Positions 55,641 to 64,000 of a stretch of DNA of 64,000 nucleotides are shown here, piece by piece. Numbering within the stretch: position 1 is the first letter of the stretch; the number at the start of each line of letters is the position of its first letter. The stretch lies in the NCBI GenBank assembly GCA_001794055.1, contig MGJB01000006.1, forward strand, positions 26,168 to 90,167, written 5' to 3'. The notes beneath the pieces are model-generated. The model was given only the letters and a program-made list of their open reading frames with translations. It was not told the origin of the DNA and ran no database searches. Source of the DNA: Candidatus Yanofskybacteria bacterium RIFCSPHIGHO2_01_FULL_41_26 (GTDB lineage Bacteria > Patescibacteriota > Minisyncoccia > 2-02-FULL-40-12 > GWA2-44-9). A program made the position numbers and the translations under genes.

Positions 55641-56556
55641 TCTCGGAACCTTTCAAAAAATACTTATCACCGGAGGGACAGGGTTTTTGGGAAGCGCAAT
55701 AACCCGCCTTTTATCTGACAACGGTTATAAACTTTTTGTGTTAAAGAGGACCGGTTCAGATACTTACAGGATTAATGATCTTATCAAGGAAGGGCGTGTA
55801 AACCTTATCGATATTGACAACGAAGACCTGTTTGAAGTTTTTAAATTCCAAAAATTCGATATTGTTATTCATGCGGCCACATCTTATGGAAGAAATGACC
55901 AGACCCATGAAGAGATAGCGAAGGTAAATATTGAATTGCCGGCAAAACTTCTTGAGTTTGCAATAGCAAACAAGTCAAAATTATTTATAAACACGGATAC
56001 TTTTTTTGAACTTACCGGCGATGATAACCAAAGAGATCTAGAATACATCAAAACAAAAAAGGGGTTTTTAAAACTGGCAGAAAACACGGCTAAAAATATA
56101 ACCAAATTCGCCAACCTGCGGCTTGAACATGTTTACGGTCCGGACGATAACCCAACAAAATTTGTTCCCTTCCTAATAAGAAAGCTCTGCCACGGAAACA
56201 CCGTAGATTTCAACCCCGGGGAACATAAACGGGATTTTATTTATTTAGAGGACGTGGCCAATGCATTTCTGCAGACAATTAAAAATCTAAAAAAACTCGG
56301 CCCATGGGAGGAATTTGGAATCGGCACGGAAGAGATCCATACAATTAAAGACCTCGGGGAAGAGATAAGAAATCACCTAACCAGATCCGGCGCCATCAAT
56401 TGGGGGGCTAAGCCCTACTCGATCGGAGAAAATATGCACTCAAAGGGCGCCGACACTTCGAACAACCAAAAGATTGGCTGGGGATGCACATATTCATTTG
56501 ACAAAGGTGTAAAAAAAACCGTAGAATCATATTTAAAATCTTATGAAAAAAAATAA
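55600..56556 (+). CDS. CDP-3,6-dideoxyhexose synthase (abequose/paratose synthase-like reductase)
   Basis: TGGTGFLG, HAATSYGR, FINTDTFF, YIKTK, RLEHVYGP.D..KF. Confidence 0.75.
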   Translation: MSIISIIKKIKIFDLGTFQKILITGGTGFLGSAITRLLSDNGYKLFVLKRTGSDTYRINDLIKEGRVNLIDIDNEDLFEVFKFQKFDIVIHAATSYGRNDQTHEEIAKVNIELPAKLLEFAIANKSKLFINTDTFFELTGDDNQRDLEYIKTKKGFLKLAENTAKNITKFANLRLEHVYGPDDNPTKFVPFLIRKLCHGNTVDFNPGEHKRDFIYLEDVANAFLQTIKNLKKLGPWEEFGIGTEEIHTIKDLGEEIRNHLTRSGAINWGAKPYSIGENMHSKGADTSNNQKIGWGCTYSFDKGVKKTVESYLKSYEKK

Positions 56557-57748
56557 ACAATTGAGAATCCCTTATGCAATGGCAGTCTTCGGCAAAGAGG
56601 AGATTAGGGCCGTAAACAGCGTTCTCAAAACGCCTCAAATAGTGGCCGGCAAAAAGGCGGAGGAATTTGAAGCAAAAATCGCGGGTTTATTCGGCAAAAA
56701 AAACGGAATATTTGTAAACTCAGGTTCTTCAGCTAATTTACTTGCTCTTGAGGCTTTAAATTTGCCCAAAAATTCTGAAGTGATCACGCCTGTTTTAACT
56801 TTTGGAACAACCGTTGCCCCGATAGTCAAAATGGGGCTCGTTCCAGCGTTTATTGACATCGATATGCGCAAATTTACCATAAAAGAAAAAGATATCGAAA
56901 AACTAATAGGGCCAAAAACAAAAGCTCTGATGATACCCTCATTATTCGGCAATATCCCCGATCTTCCGTTAATAAGAAGAATTGCCAAAAAACACGATTT
57001 GTTTTTTATAGAAGATTCATGCGACACCCTTGGAGCGACCATTGGTGGTAAAAAAACGGGAACTTTTTCGGACATTTCAACAACAAGTTTTTATGCAGCT
57101 CATGTTATTACAGCCGCCGGTGAAGGAGGCATGATCTGTGTAAATAACGATGAATGGAACCAGCGGATTAGAATGTTAAGCGGGTGGGGACGCTTTTCTT
57201 CTCTCAATGAGACCGAGAATATAGACAAGAGAGTAAACAAGAAGTTTTTTGGTTTTGAATATGATTCAAAATTTACATTTACAGAAATAGGATACAACCT
57301 GCGAACCACGGACATAAGCGCGGCTTTTGGTCTGGAACAGCTAAAAAAACTTGATAAAAACTCTTCAATAAGAAGAAGTAATTTTTTGACAATCAAAAAA
57401 TTTCTCTCTGATTACGATGAGTTCTTCTCATTACCGGAACAAAGAAGAGATGTAGAGACCAACTGGTTAGCATTTCCGATAACAATCAGGCCAGGAGCCC
57501 CATTCACGCGAAATGAAATAGTTAAACACCTTGAATACAACGACATCCAAACAAGACCAGTATTCACCGGAAACATTCTCAAACAACCCGGGTTTAAAAA
57601 AATAAAGCATGTCGCTCTCAAAGAGGGATACCCCAATGCTGATTTTATAATGATAAACTCGTTTGTAATAGGATGCCATCATGGACTCCACAAGAAACAT
57701 CTAACCAAACTATTCGATGTTTTTGAAAAATTCTTATCGACTGTATAG
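56543..57748 (+). CDS. RfbH/DdhC-like PLP/PMP-dependent 3-dehydratase (DegT family)
   Basis: NSGSSANLLA, EDSCD, SFYAAHVIT.GEGG (His), GYNL, WLAFP, TRPVFTGN. Confidence 0.8.
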   Translation: MKKNKQLRIPYAMAVFGKEEIRAVNSVLKTPQIVAGKKAEEFEAKIAGLFGKKNGIFVNSGSSANLLALEALNLPKNSEVITPVLTFGTTVAPIVKMGLVPAFIDIDMRKFTIKEKDIEKLIGPKTKALMIPSLFGNIPDLPLIRRIAKKHDLFFIEDSCDTLGATIGGKKTGTFSDISTTSFYAAHVITAAGEGGMICVNNDEWNQRIRMLSGWGRFSSLNETENIDKRVNKKFFGFEYDSKFTFTEIGYNLRTTDISAAFGLEQLKKLDKNSSIRRSNFLTIKKFLSDYDEFFSLPEQRRDVETNWLAFPITIRPGAPFTRNEIVKHLEYNDIQTRPVFTGNILKQPGFKKIKHVALKEGYPNADFIMINSFVIGCHHGLHKKHLTKLFDVFEKFLSTV

Positions 57749-60104
57749 TTTCATATCGTCTCGCAAATATATTCTGCTCGTTATTTTGTCGGCGGTTATT
57801 ATTTTTTTTCCGGCTCTCTCCGGACGGAATGTAATATTAAATAAGGATATAATATTCCTCTATTTGCCAGGTCTTCAATTTATATATGACCAGGGATTGA
57901 CGCTACATCCTTACTTGTGGTATTCGGAAATTGTCGGCGGCATACCGATATTTGCCACGCAATTCGGCATTTCTTTCCACCCTATTTATAAAATATTGAT
58001 CTATCTCTTGGGGCCAATTTCGGCATTTAATTGGACAACTTTTATCAATTTAATCGCGGGGATTGTTTCTGCTTATTGGTTTGGCAAAATGGCCTTAAAA
58101 ACAAACTTAGGCGCCGCTATATTTGCCTCCATATTTTCATTTAGCCAGATGAATATGGAACAAATATATTTTCCATCCGTATCTCCATTTTTTTATGTGC
58201 TACCGCTGACTTTCGGCTTTGTTTATAAAATAAATCAAGGCAAAAAATGGTATTCGGTATTTTTGATACTGCTCTGGGCATCAGCTTGGCTTATAGGACA
58301 TCCGCAATTTGCGTTTTATACCGCATCAGCATCTTTGCTGTTCGCTTTATTTCTAGATCTTAGTCGACTATCTTTTTCTATCAAAAAGCCTAATCTAACC
58401 ACAACTGCTTTTCTTGTAGCCGGATTAACGGCAGGAATTTTAATCGCCTCACCGTGGATATTAAGGTCAACCTTTCTCGTTGAATTATCATCCCGTGCTG
58501 AAATAAAAACACTTGACAAGCTTCTTCTAGGCGCAATAAACCCGTTGACGCTTGTTCGTTTTATTTACCCTTCTTTTTTAATTCCTGTTTTTAACATAAC
58601 TTGCTGCGGAGGAGGAGTGCTTTACGTGGGAACCGCCGCTTTGGTTCTGGCATTTTCTTCATTCTTTATGTCGGCAACCAAAATCATAAAATTCTTTAGA
58701 ATTGTCTTTGTTTCATTTTTTATAATCGCTTTACAGATACCGCCTCTAATAAACATTGTCTTCCATTTACCCGTTATAAAATATTTCCTCTACCCATTCA
58801 GGACTATTTTTATATCTAATTTTGCCTTGGCTATGCTTGTAGCCTATGCCCTTGAAACTATTTACGAAAATGGGCTATCACAAAAAGTGCGCAAAACATT
58901 CCATATTGGTTTTATATTTTTAGCATTATCCGGCTTAATAATGCTTTCTATTGGATTTTTACTCCCATATTTTGAAAATATTTTTATAAAAACGGCTAGT
59001 TTCTATCTAACTTCTAATCCGGCCACTGAAACAACTCCCGATCAATATTTCAAGGTTATAGATTCAGTATTTCAAAAAATCCTGTACCAATTTTCTTTCA
59101 CCAACCGCGGTTACTTGGTATCGCTGATATTTCTTTTCGCCCCAAGTGCTCTGTATTTGGTCTCGATATTAAAACGATGGGACAACAAAAAATTAGCAGC
59201 ATATTTGGCTTTTCTTATTATCACCGGGCCAGCTATTGTGTGGCTGCCTTATTACAGATATACCGCAACTGATATTATTAAAAAGATTCCCGATACGGCA
59301 AACTATATTAAATCTGTTAAGGACGGACAAAAATTTAGAGTCCTTAGAATGACCAGACCTCAAGGCGACTATGAAAGATCCGGATTTCACTTGGGAGATA
59401 CCGAGGCTCTTTACGATCTTTACATGGAAAGCGCCATCTCTAATTCCAACATATTTTATGGCTTAGATTCCATAAACGGATATGAAAACTTTATGAGCCG
59501 AAGACACATGATAACCCTGCCCTTTTTAGATGATTTCCCGGCGAATAAGAAAAAACTGCCGGATTTATTAGCAATCATGAACGTTAAATATCTTCTTAGT
59601 TCTTATGATCTGACTGCCCCATTTGAAAAAGTTTACACAAAAAACTTAAAGTATCAAACAAAAATTTATATATATGAAAATAAAAACTTTTTGCCCAGGA
59701 TATACTTCCCTAATAAAATTAAATTTACTCAAACCGAATCAGAAAAAGATCTTTTCAATGAATTACTATCGATAAAAAACAATGCCAGAGAAGCTATAAT
59801 TGAATGTACAAACAAGTGTGAGCCAGGCTTTTATGACCCAAACGATAAGATTGACATTGTTGTTTCAAAAAACGGTTATTATAAAATAAAAACAACTTCG
59901 AAAAATCAAAACTGGCTGATTGTAAGCGAATCATATTACCCGGGCTGGGAAGCAAAAATTGATAACATTCCCACTAGAATACATAGAGCTAATTTTTTAT
60001 TCGGAGCAATTTTGCTGACAAAGGGAGAGCATATAATTGAATACGAATATAATCCGACTAGAATCTTCGACAAGAATACTTTAAAATTGCTTTACAAACG
60101 ATAA
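57717..60104 (+). CDS. YfhO-family GT-C membrane glycosyltransferase
   Basis: PYLW...GIP, FHP, GHPQ, LYVG, NGY, NVKY, ESYYPGWEA.ID, AN..F..I. Confidence 0.8.
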   Translation: MFLKNSYRLYSFISSRKYILLVILSAVIIFFPALSGRNVILNKDIIFLYLPGLQFIYDQGLTLHPYLWYSEIVGGIPIFATQFGISFHPIYKILIYLLGPISAFNWTTFINLIAGIVSAYWFGKMALKTNLGAAIFASIFSFSQMNMEQIYFPSVSPFFYVLPLTFGFVYKINQGKKWYSVFLILLWASAWLIGHPQFAFYTASASLLFALFLDLSRLSFSIKKPNLTTTAFLVAGLTAGILIASPWILRSTFLVELSSRAEIKTLDKLLLGAINPLTLVRFIYPSFLIPVFNITCCGGGVLYVGTAALVLAFSSFFMSATKIIKFFRIVFVSFFIIALQIPPLINIVFHLPVIKYFLYPFRTIFISNFALAMLVAYALETIYENGLSQKVRKTFHIGFIFLALSGLIMLSIGFLLPYFENIFIKTASFYLTSNPATETTPDQYFKVIDSVFQKILYQFSFTNRGYLVSLIFLFAPSALYLVSILKRWDNKKLAAYLAFLIITGPAIVWLPYYRYTATDIIKKIPDTANYIKSVKDGQKFRVLRMTRPQGDYERSGFHLGDTEALYDLYMESAISNSNIFYGLDSINGYENFMSRRHMITLPFLDDFPANKKKLPDLLAIMNVKYLLSSYDLTAPFEKVYTKNLKYQTKIYIYENKNFLPRIYFPNKIKFTQTESEKDLFNELLSIKNNAREAIIECTNKCEPGFYDPNDKIDIVVSKNGYYKIKTTSKNQNWLIVSESYYPGWEAKIDNIPTRIHRANFLFGAILLTKGEHIIEYEYNPTRIFDKNTLKLLYKR

Positions 60105-61460
60105 CAAAATATTTGCGATCCTTTCTCCCGCTTTCCCGTCTATTTTATATAGATGCTGTTTAACTATTTCGTCTCTCCCGCTTTGATCCAAGGTTGGATT
60201 TTTCAAGTACGCGTTTATTGCCATTATCCATTCTTCTTTGCTTTTTACAACTTTAGTTCCTCCACACCTTACAAGATTATACAAACAATCTTCCCGATTG
60301 TAACGCTTAACGCTCCTTATATACGGTTTTTTTTCAAAACCATCGAAACTAACCATAATCTGGGGCTTATTGAATACGGATGAGTCCAACCCAAGTGAGG
60401 TGGCTACATACATTACAATATCAGAATAATAAATTGAGTTTCTTAAATGTTCACTGTCTTGCGGTCTAAATTCAATATTTTTTCTATCTCCGGCTTTGGT
60501 CATATGTCCAGGATTATCAATGATAAACGAGGGGTCGCCAGCAAACTTAGACAAATCCGCAGGATGTTGGGGATGGTTTCGGACAAGAAATTGTACATTT
60601 TCTGGCAAAGAACCGTTTTCTAGCGCCTCTTTTAATATCTGGCAAAGTTGCCAATCGGTATTCGACAAAACAGCGCCCGCAGGAGCAAATAATATTAGTT
60701 TTTTACTCGGATCAGCGCCTATCCTTGCAAAAAAATGCTCGCGAGTTTCTGTGGGTCCTGATAACCAAACATCAAATTGAGGCAAACCCGCTACAAAGAT
60801 ATCATCCGCCTGATAATCATGAATTTCTATAAGCTCATTTTTAACAGTCGGACTATTTACTATTATTTTATCCGGCATTAAACGCAATATGCCCTTAGTG
60901 GTTGTATTATCCCAAGACCTTACCATTGTTATCAAGGGGGTTTTTCTCGATCTTGCTTCTTTCATAAACCAGATGTCTATTTCACCAAAAGAATCGGCCG
61001 CAAAAACAAAATCAGGATTAAATTTATCAAAATAAGGTTTAAGCGCCCTTCGTTCAGAGAAAAAAAGGTCAAATACTCTGTAGATGGGGTGGAAAATTAA
61101 AATACTGCTAAGGACATAAGAAACCAAACCAACCCACTTATAATTAAGATATCCGGCAATGTTTTTGTTATTTTCGTATCTTTCTAATCGCTGATCCTTA
61201 ATGTATTGGCTGTTTTCCAACAAAAAAGAAAGCCTGTATAATTTTTTATTCCAAGGCCTCCTGATGAATTGATCCATATCCAAACCCTCAAAAGCAACTC
61301 TGGGTCCTCCATAAAACTGTTGAAAAAAGTTAACCTTATCAGGCGGACAAAAAATTACAATATTAAGCCCTTCCTCTTTCTTCAAGATCTTGAGAACGTC
61401 CGTATTGAATAAGTTGCGGGAAATAAAAGTATTGTAAGCCGAAATAATTATAGTTTTCAT
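60081..61460 (-). CDS. CDP-glycerol glycerophosphotransferase-family (TagF-like GT-B) protein
   Basis: SWDN.TTKG, GLPQFD, RNHP, ATS..LD. Confidence 0.65.
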   Translation of the reverse strand: MKTIIISAYNTFISRNLFNTDVLKILKKEEGLNIVIFCPPDKVNFFQQFYGGPRVAFEGLDMDQFIRRPWNKKLYRLSFLLENSQYIKDQRLERYENNKNIAGYLNYKWVGLVSYVLSSILIFHPIYRVFDLFFSERRALKPYFDKFNPDFVFAADSFGEIDIWFMKEARSRKTPLITMVRSWDNTTTKGILRLMPDKIIVNSPTVKNELIEIHDYQADDIFVAGLPQFDVWLSGPTETREHFFARIGADPSKKLILFAPAGAVLSNTDWQLCQILKEALENGSLPENVQFLVRNHPQHPADLSKFAGDPSFIIDNPGHMTKAGDRKNIEFRPQDSEHLRNSIYYSDIVMYVATSLGLDSSVFNKPQIMVSFDGFEKKPYIRSVKRYNREDCLYNLVRCGGTKVVKSKEEWIMAINAYLKNPTLDQSGRDEIVKQHLYKIDGKAGERIANILLSFVKQF

Positions 61461-62521
61461 AATAATGCTTTGTAAGCATCCAAGTATTTTGGGATGACGC
61501 CCGATAGATCATTCCATCTGGCCCATTCATAACTTTCCTGACTCATTTTTGCAAACCTGACTGAATCGGAAAGAATAGAAATAATAGCATCGGCGGTTCC
61601 CTGAATATTATTTTGAGATACGAGAATTCCGTTATATCCGTCCCAAACCGCATCTTCGATGCCATTGCCCCTAGTGCCGATAACCGGCAATCCGGCCGCT
61701 GCCGCCTCCAGAAATACCAGGCCATAGCCCTCAAAATGATGGCTGTTGTTTACCGATGTTAATACAAAAACGTCGGCTCGGGAATATAGGTCGTTTAATT
61801 GTTCGTCGGGAATATTCTCCAAAAACTCTACACTAGTCTCTACGCCGTGATCTTTTGCGATTTTTGCCAATGAAGCGAAGTAGTTTGAATCCTTCCGATC
61901 ACCTACAATTTTGTATTTTAAATTTGGTTGTTGTTTTTTTGCCAAAGCAAAAGCGGGAATGGAAATATGATATCCTTTGCGAAATTTCAGCGCGCCCACG
62001 CTTAGAATAAAATTCTCGGACGATTCTTGTCTGGTTTTGTGGAAATTTTGAAAATTAATGCCGGGATTTATCACAAACACATTTCTCAATTCTACTCTTT
62101 TAAGGAGCTCACCTCTCGTGAAATTGCTGATAGCGATAACGGCTTCGGCGGATTTGAAAGCCGTCCCGGAAAGCCATCGTGTTTTTGGGTTATAGAGAGG
62201 CGCCACAGAATATGTCCCCAGAGCTGTTATCATTAATTTTTTATTCAAAAACATATTGGCAAGCCAAGCGATTATTCCATAAGGATACACATCAAAAGCG
62301 TGGACAATGTCACAATCCTTAAAATATTTTCTAACCTTAATAGCCGATAAAAACATCCCCGCTCCCCGTTTTAATACCGGTATTCCATCAAAACCGTCAT
62401 CCCTTTCTTTTAAAATAACCGCTTCGTGTCCGGATTTTTTTATTCCCATTACCAAATCGGAGGCATATCTGCCCCAGCCAGCCTTAGGATCCATATCGTG
62501 AGTTAGATATCCAATTTTCAT
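61457..62521 (-). CDS. Glycosyltransferase family 4
   Basis: ISNFT, PGIN, RKG, EGYGLVFLEAAAAGLPVIG. Confidence 0.92.
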   Translation of the reverse strand: MKIGYLTHDMDPKAGWGRYASDLVMGIKKSGHEAVILKERDDGFDGIPVLKRGAGMFLSAIKVRKYFKDCDIVHAFDVYPYGIIAWLANMFLNKKLMITALGTYSVAPLYNPKTRWLSGTAFKSAEAVIAISNFTRGELLKRVELRNVFVINPGINFQNFHKTRQESSENFILSVGALKFRKGYHISIPAFALAKKQQPNLKYKIVGDRKDSNYFASLAKIAKDHGVETSVEFLENIPDEQLNDLYSRADVFVLTSVNNSHHFEGYGLVFLEAAAAGLPVIGTRGNGIEDAVWDGYNGILVSQNNIQGTADAIISILSDSVRFAKMSQESYEWARWNDLSGVIPKYLDAYKALL

Positions 62522-62625
62522 ATGTTTAGAGGAGTAGTATTATTATCTTAAAAAAATGACATTTTTTCAAGTCCGATTAGGCCTTGTAAAAATTGAATTT
62601 TTTAACTAGAATTACCTCTGTAATT

Positions 62626-63636
62626 ATGACAAAAACACCTAACCTCAAAATAGCCCTCATTACCGGCCTTACCGGTCAAGACGGCTCGTACCTTGCCGAA
62701 ATTCTTTTGAAAAAAGGTTACGTTGTTCATGGCATCATCAGGCGAGCTTCGACCTTTAACACAGCGAGAATAAATCACCTCTATCAAGATCCCCACAACA
62801 GAAACAGAAAACTTTTCCTGCACTACGGAGATCTTGCTGACGCCGGCACCATCAGAAAAATAATTTACAAGGTCAAACCGGACGAAATTTATAATTTAGG
62901 CGCGCAAAGCCATGTTAAGGTTTCGTTTGAAATTCCTGAATATACGATGGACATCACTGGCAACGGTGCCTTGAGAATTCTTGAAGCAATAAGGGATTTT
63001 CAAAACGAAACCAAGAAAAAAGTAAAATTCTATCAAGCCTCATCTTCTGAAATGTTCGGTTCAGCTCCCCCGCCCCAAAATGAAAATACTCCACTTGTAC
63101 CCCAAAGCCCTTATGGTGCGGCGAAAGTCTTCGCCTGCAATATGACAAAACTTTACCGCGAGGCATATGGGATATTTGCTGTTAACGGAATACTTTTTAA
63201 CCACGAATCCGAGCGTCGAGGTGAAACGTTTGTCACCAGAAAAATCACCAGAGGAATCGCCAGAATAAAAGCCGGCCTGGACAAAAAGTTATATCTCGGC
63301 AACTTAGACGCCAAAAGAGATTGGGGCTATGCTCCGGAATATATGGAAGCCGCCTGGCTGATGATGCAGAAGCCAAAACCGAATGACTATGTAATCGGCA
63401 CCGGTGAAACACATACCGTAAGAGAGTTCGTTGAACTGGCTTTCAAAGAAGCAGGGTTGAGCAATTGGAAAAAATATGTTGAAACTGATCCGCGATATTA
63501 TCGCCCCGCCGAAGTAAATATTCTTATCGCCGATACAAGAAAAGCAAAGAAAATATTAAAATGGCACCCCAAAACCAAATTCAAAAACTTAGTAAAAATA
63601 ATGGTCTGGAACGACATCAATGAACTTAAAAAATAA
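62626..63636 (+). CDS. gmd: GDP-mannose 4,6-dehydratase
   Basis: [57 protein letters not shown]; TTGTAA-17-TAGAAT upstream. Confidence 0.96.
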   Translation: MTKTPNLKIALITGLTGQDGSYLAEILLKKGYVVHGIIRRASTFNTARINHLYQDPHNRNRKLFLHYGDLADAGTIRKIIYKVKPDEIYNLGAQSHVKVSFEIPEYTMDITGNGALRILEAIRDFQNETKKKVKFYQASSSEMFGSAPPPQNENTPLVPQSPYGAAKVFACNMTKLYREAYGIFAVNGILFNHESERRGETFVTRKITRGIARIKAGLDKKLYLGNLDAKRDWGYAPEYMEAAWLMMQKPKPNDYVIGTGETHTVREFVELAFKEAGLSNWKKYVETDPRYYRPAEVNILIADTRKAKKILKWHPKTKFKNLVKIMVWNDINELKK

Positions 63637-64000
63637 AAAAATATTAGTCACTGGAGGGGCTGGGTTTCTCGGTTCTTTCGTCGTGCAGAAATTACTGAAA
63701 AGAGGCGTACCGAAGAAAAACATCTTTATCCCTCGCTCTAAAGACCTTGATTTGCGTAAATTGGAAAATTGCGTGAAAACAGTCAGGAACCAAGATATCG
63801 TTATTCATCTTGCAGCGATAGTCGGTGGAATTGGATACAATCAAAAAATTCCCGGCCAGATGTTCTATGATAATTTAATAATGGGGACACAACTTATGGA
63901 AGCAGCCAGACAAGGTGGGGTAGAAAAATTCATTGCAATCGGCACAATATGCGCTTATCCCAAATATACAAAGGTTCCCTTTGTAGAATCCGCGCTCTGG
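63620..64000 (+). CDS. fcl: GDP-L-fucose synthase (partial, runs off window end)
   Basis: [18 protein letters not shown]...[12 protein letters not shown]...NLIMG...GTICAYPK; overlaps gmd stop. Confidence 0.92.
   Translation, partial: MNLKNKKILVTGGAGFLGSFVVQKLLKRGVPKKNIFIPRSKDLDLRKLENCVKTVRNQDIVIHLAAIVGGIGYNQKIPGQMFYDNLIMGTQLMEAARQGGVEKFIAIGTICAYPKYTKVPFVESALW

Noticed and set aside
1-64000. CRISPR arrays, tRNA/rRNA, cobalamin riboswitch, IS elements or prophage
   Set aside because: Intergenic gaps are at most about 150 nt and are explained by promoters and terminators; no direct-repeat arrays, transposases or phage genes recognised by eye (no Rfam search was run).

Overview
AT-rich, tightly packed bacterial window, probably a Patescibacteria/CPR (Parcubacteria-like) genome (inferred from composition, gene packing and frequent leaderless starts). 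Almost all 64 kb is one very large surface-glycan locus. It holds a priming glycosylphosphotransferase, a Wzx-like flippase and a PglK-like ABC exporter, GT2/GT4/GT-B/GT-C transferases, and a NeuC-NeuB-NeuA nonulosonate operon with a WbuX-HisH-HisF amidination trio. It also holds a second NeuB/KdsC/NeuA set, heptose genes (gmhA, hddA, a DmhA-like dehydratase), 3,6-dideoxy-sugar enzymes and gmd-fcl. Unusual tailoring enzymes include five cobalamin-binding radical SAM proteins, a HemN-like radical SAM protein, a fused TPP E1 alpha/beta, a PhyH-type dioxygenase and two Maf/DUF115-type proteins. The main hidden structure is regulatory. Fifteen transcription units between 17.4 and 53.2 kb share one architecture: a sigma70 promoter, a boxA-like motif (like rRNA GCTCTTTAACAA/GTTCTTTGAAAA) 6-13 nt after the -10 box, a Shine-Dalgarno site, the gene(s), and an intrinsic terminator. 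All six radical SAM genes are in this class. The interleaved genes are mostly leaderless or SD-less and lack obvious terminators, and several enzyme families have a paralog in each class. No rRNA, tRNA, CRISPR array or IS element was recognised. All calls come from motif reading without database searches.
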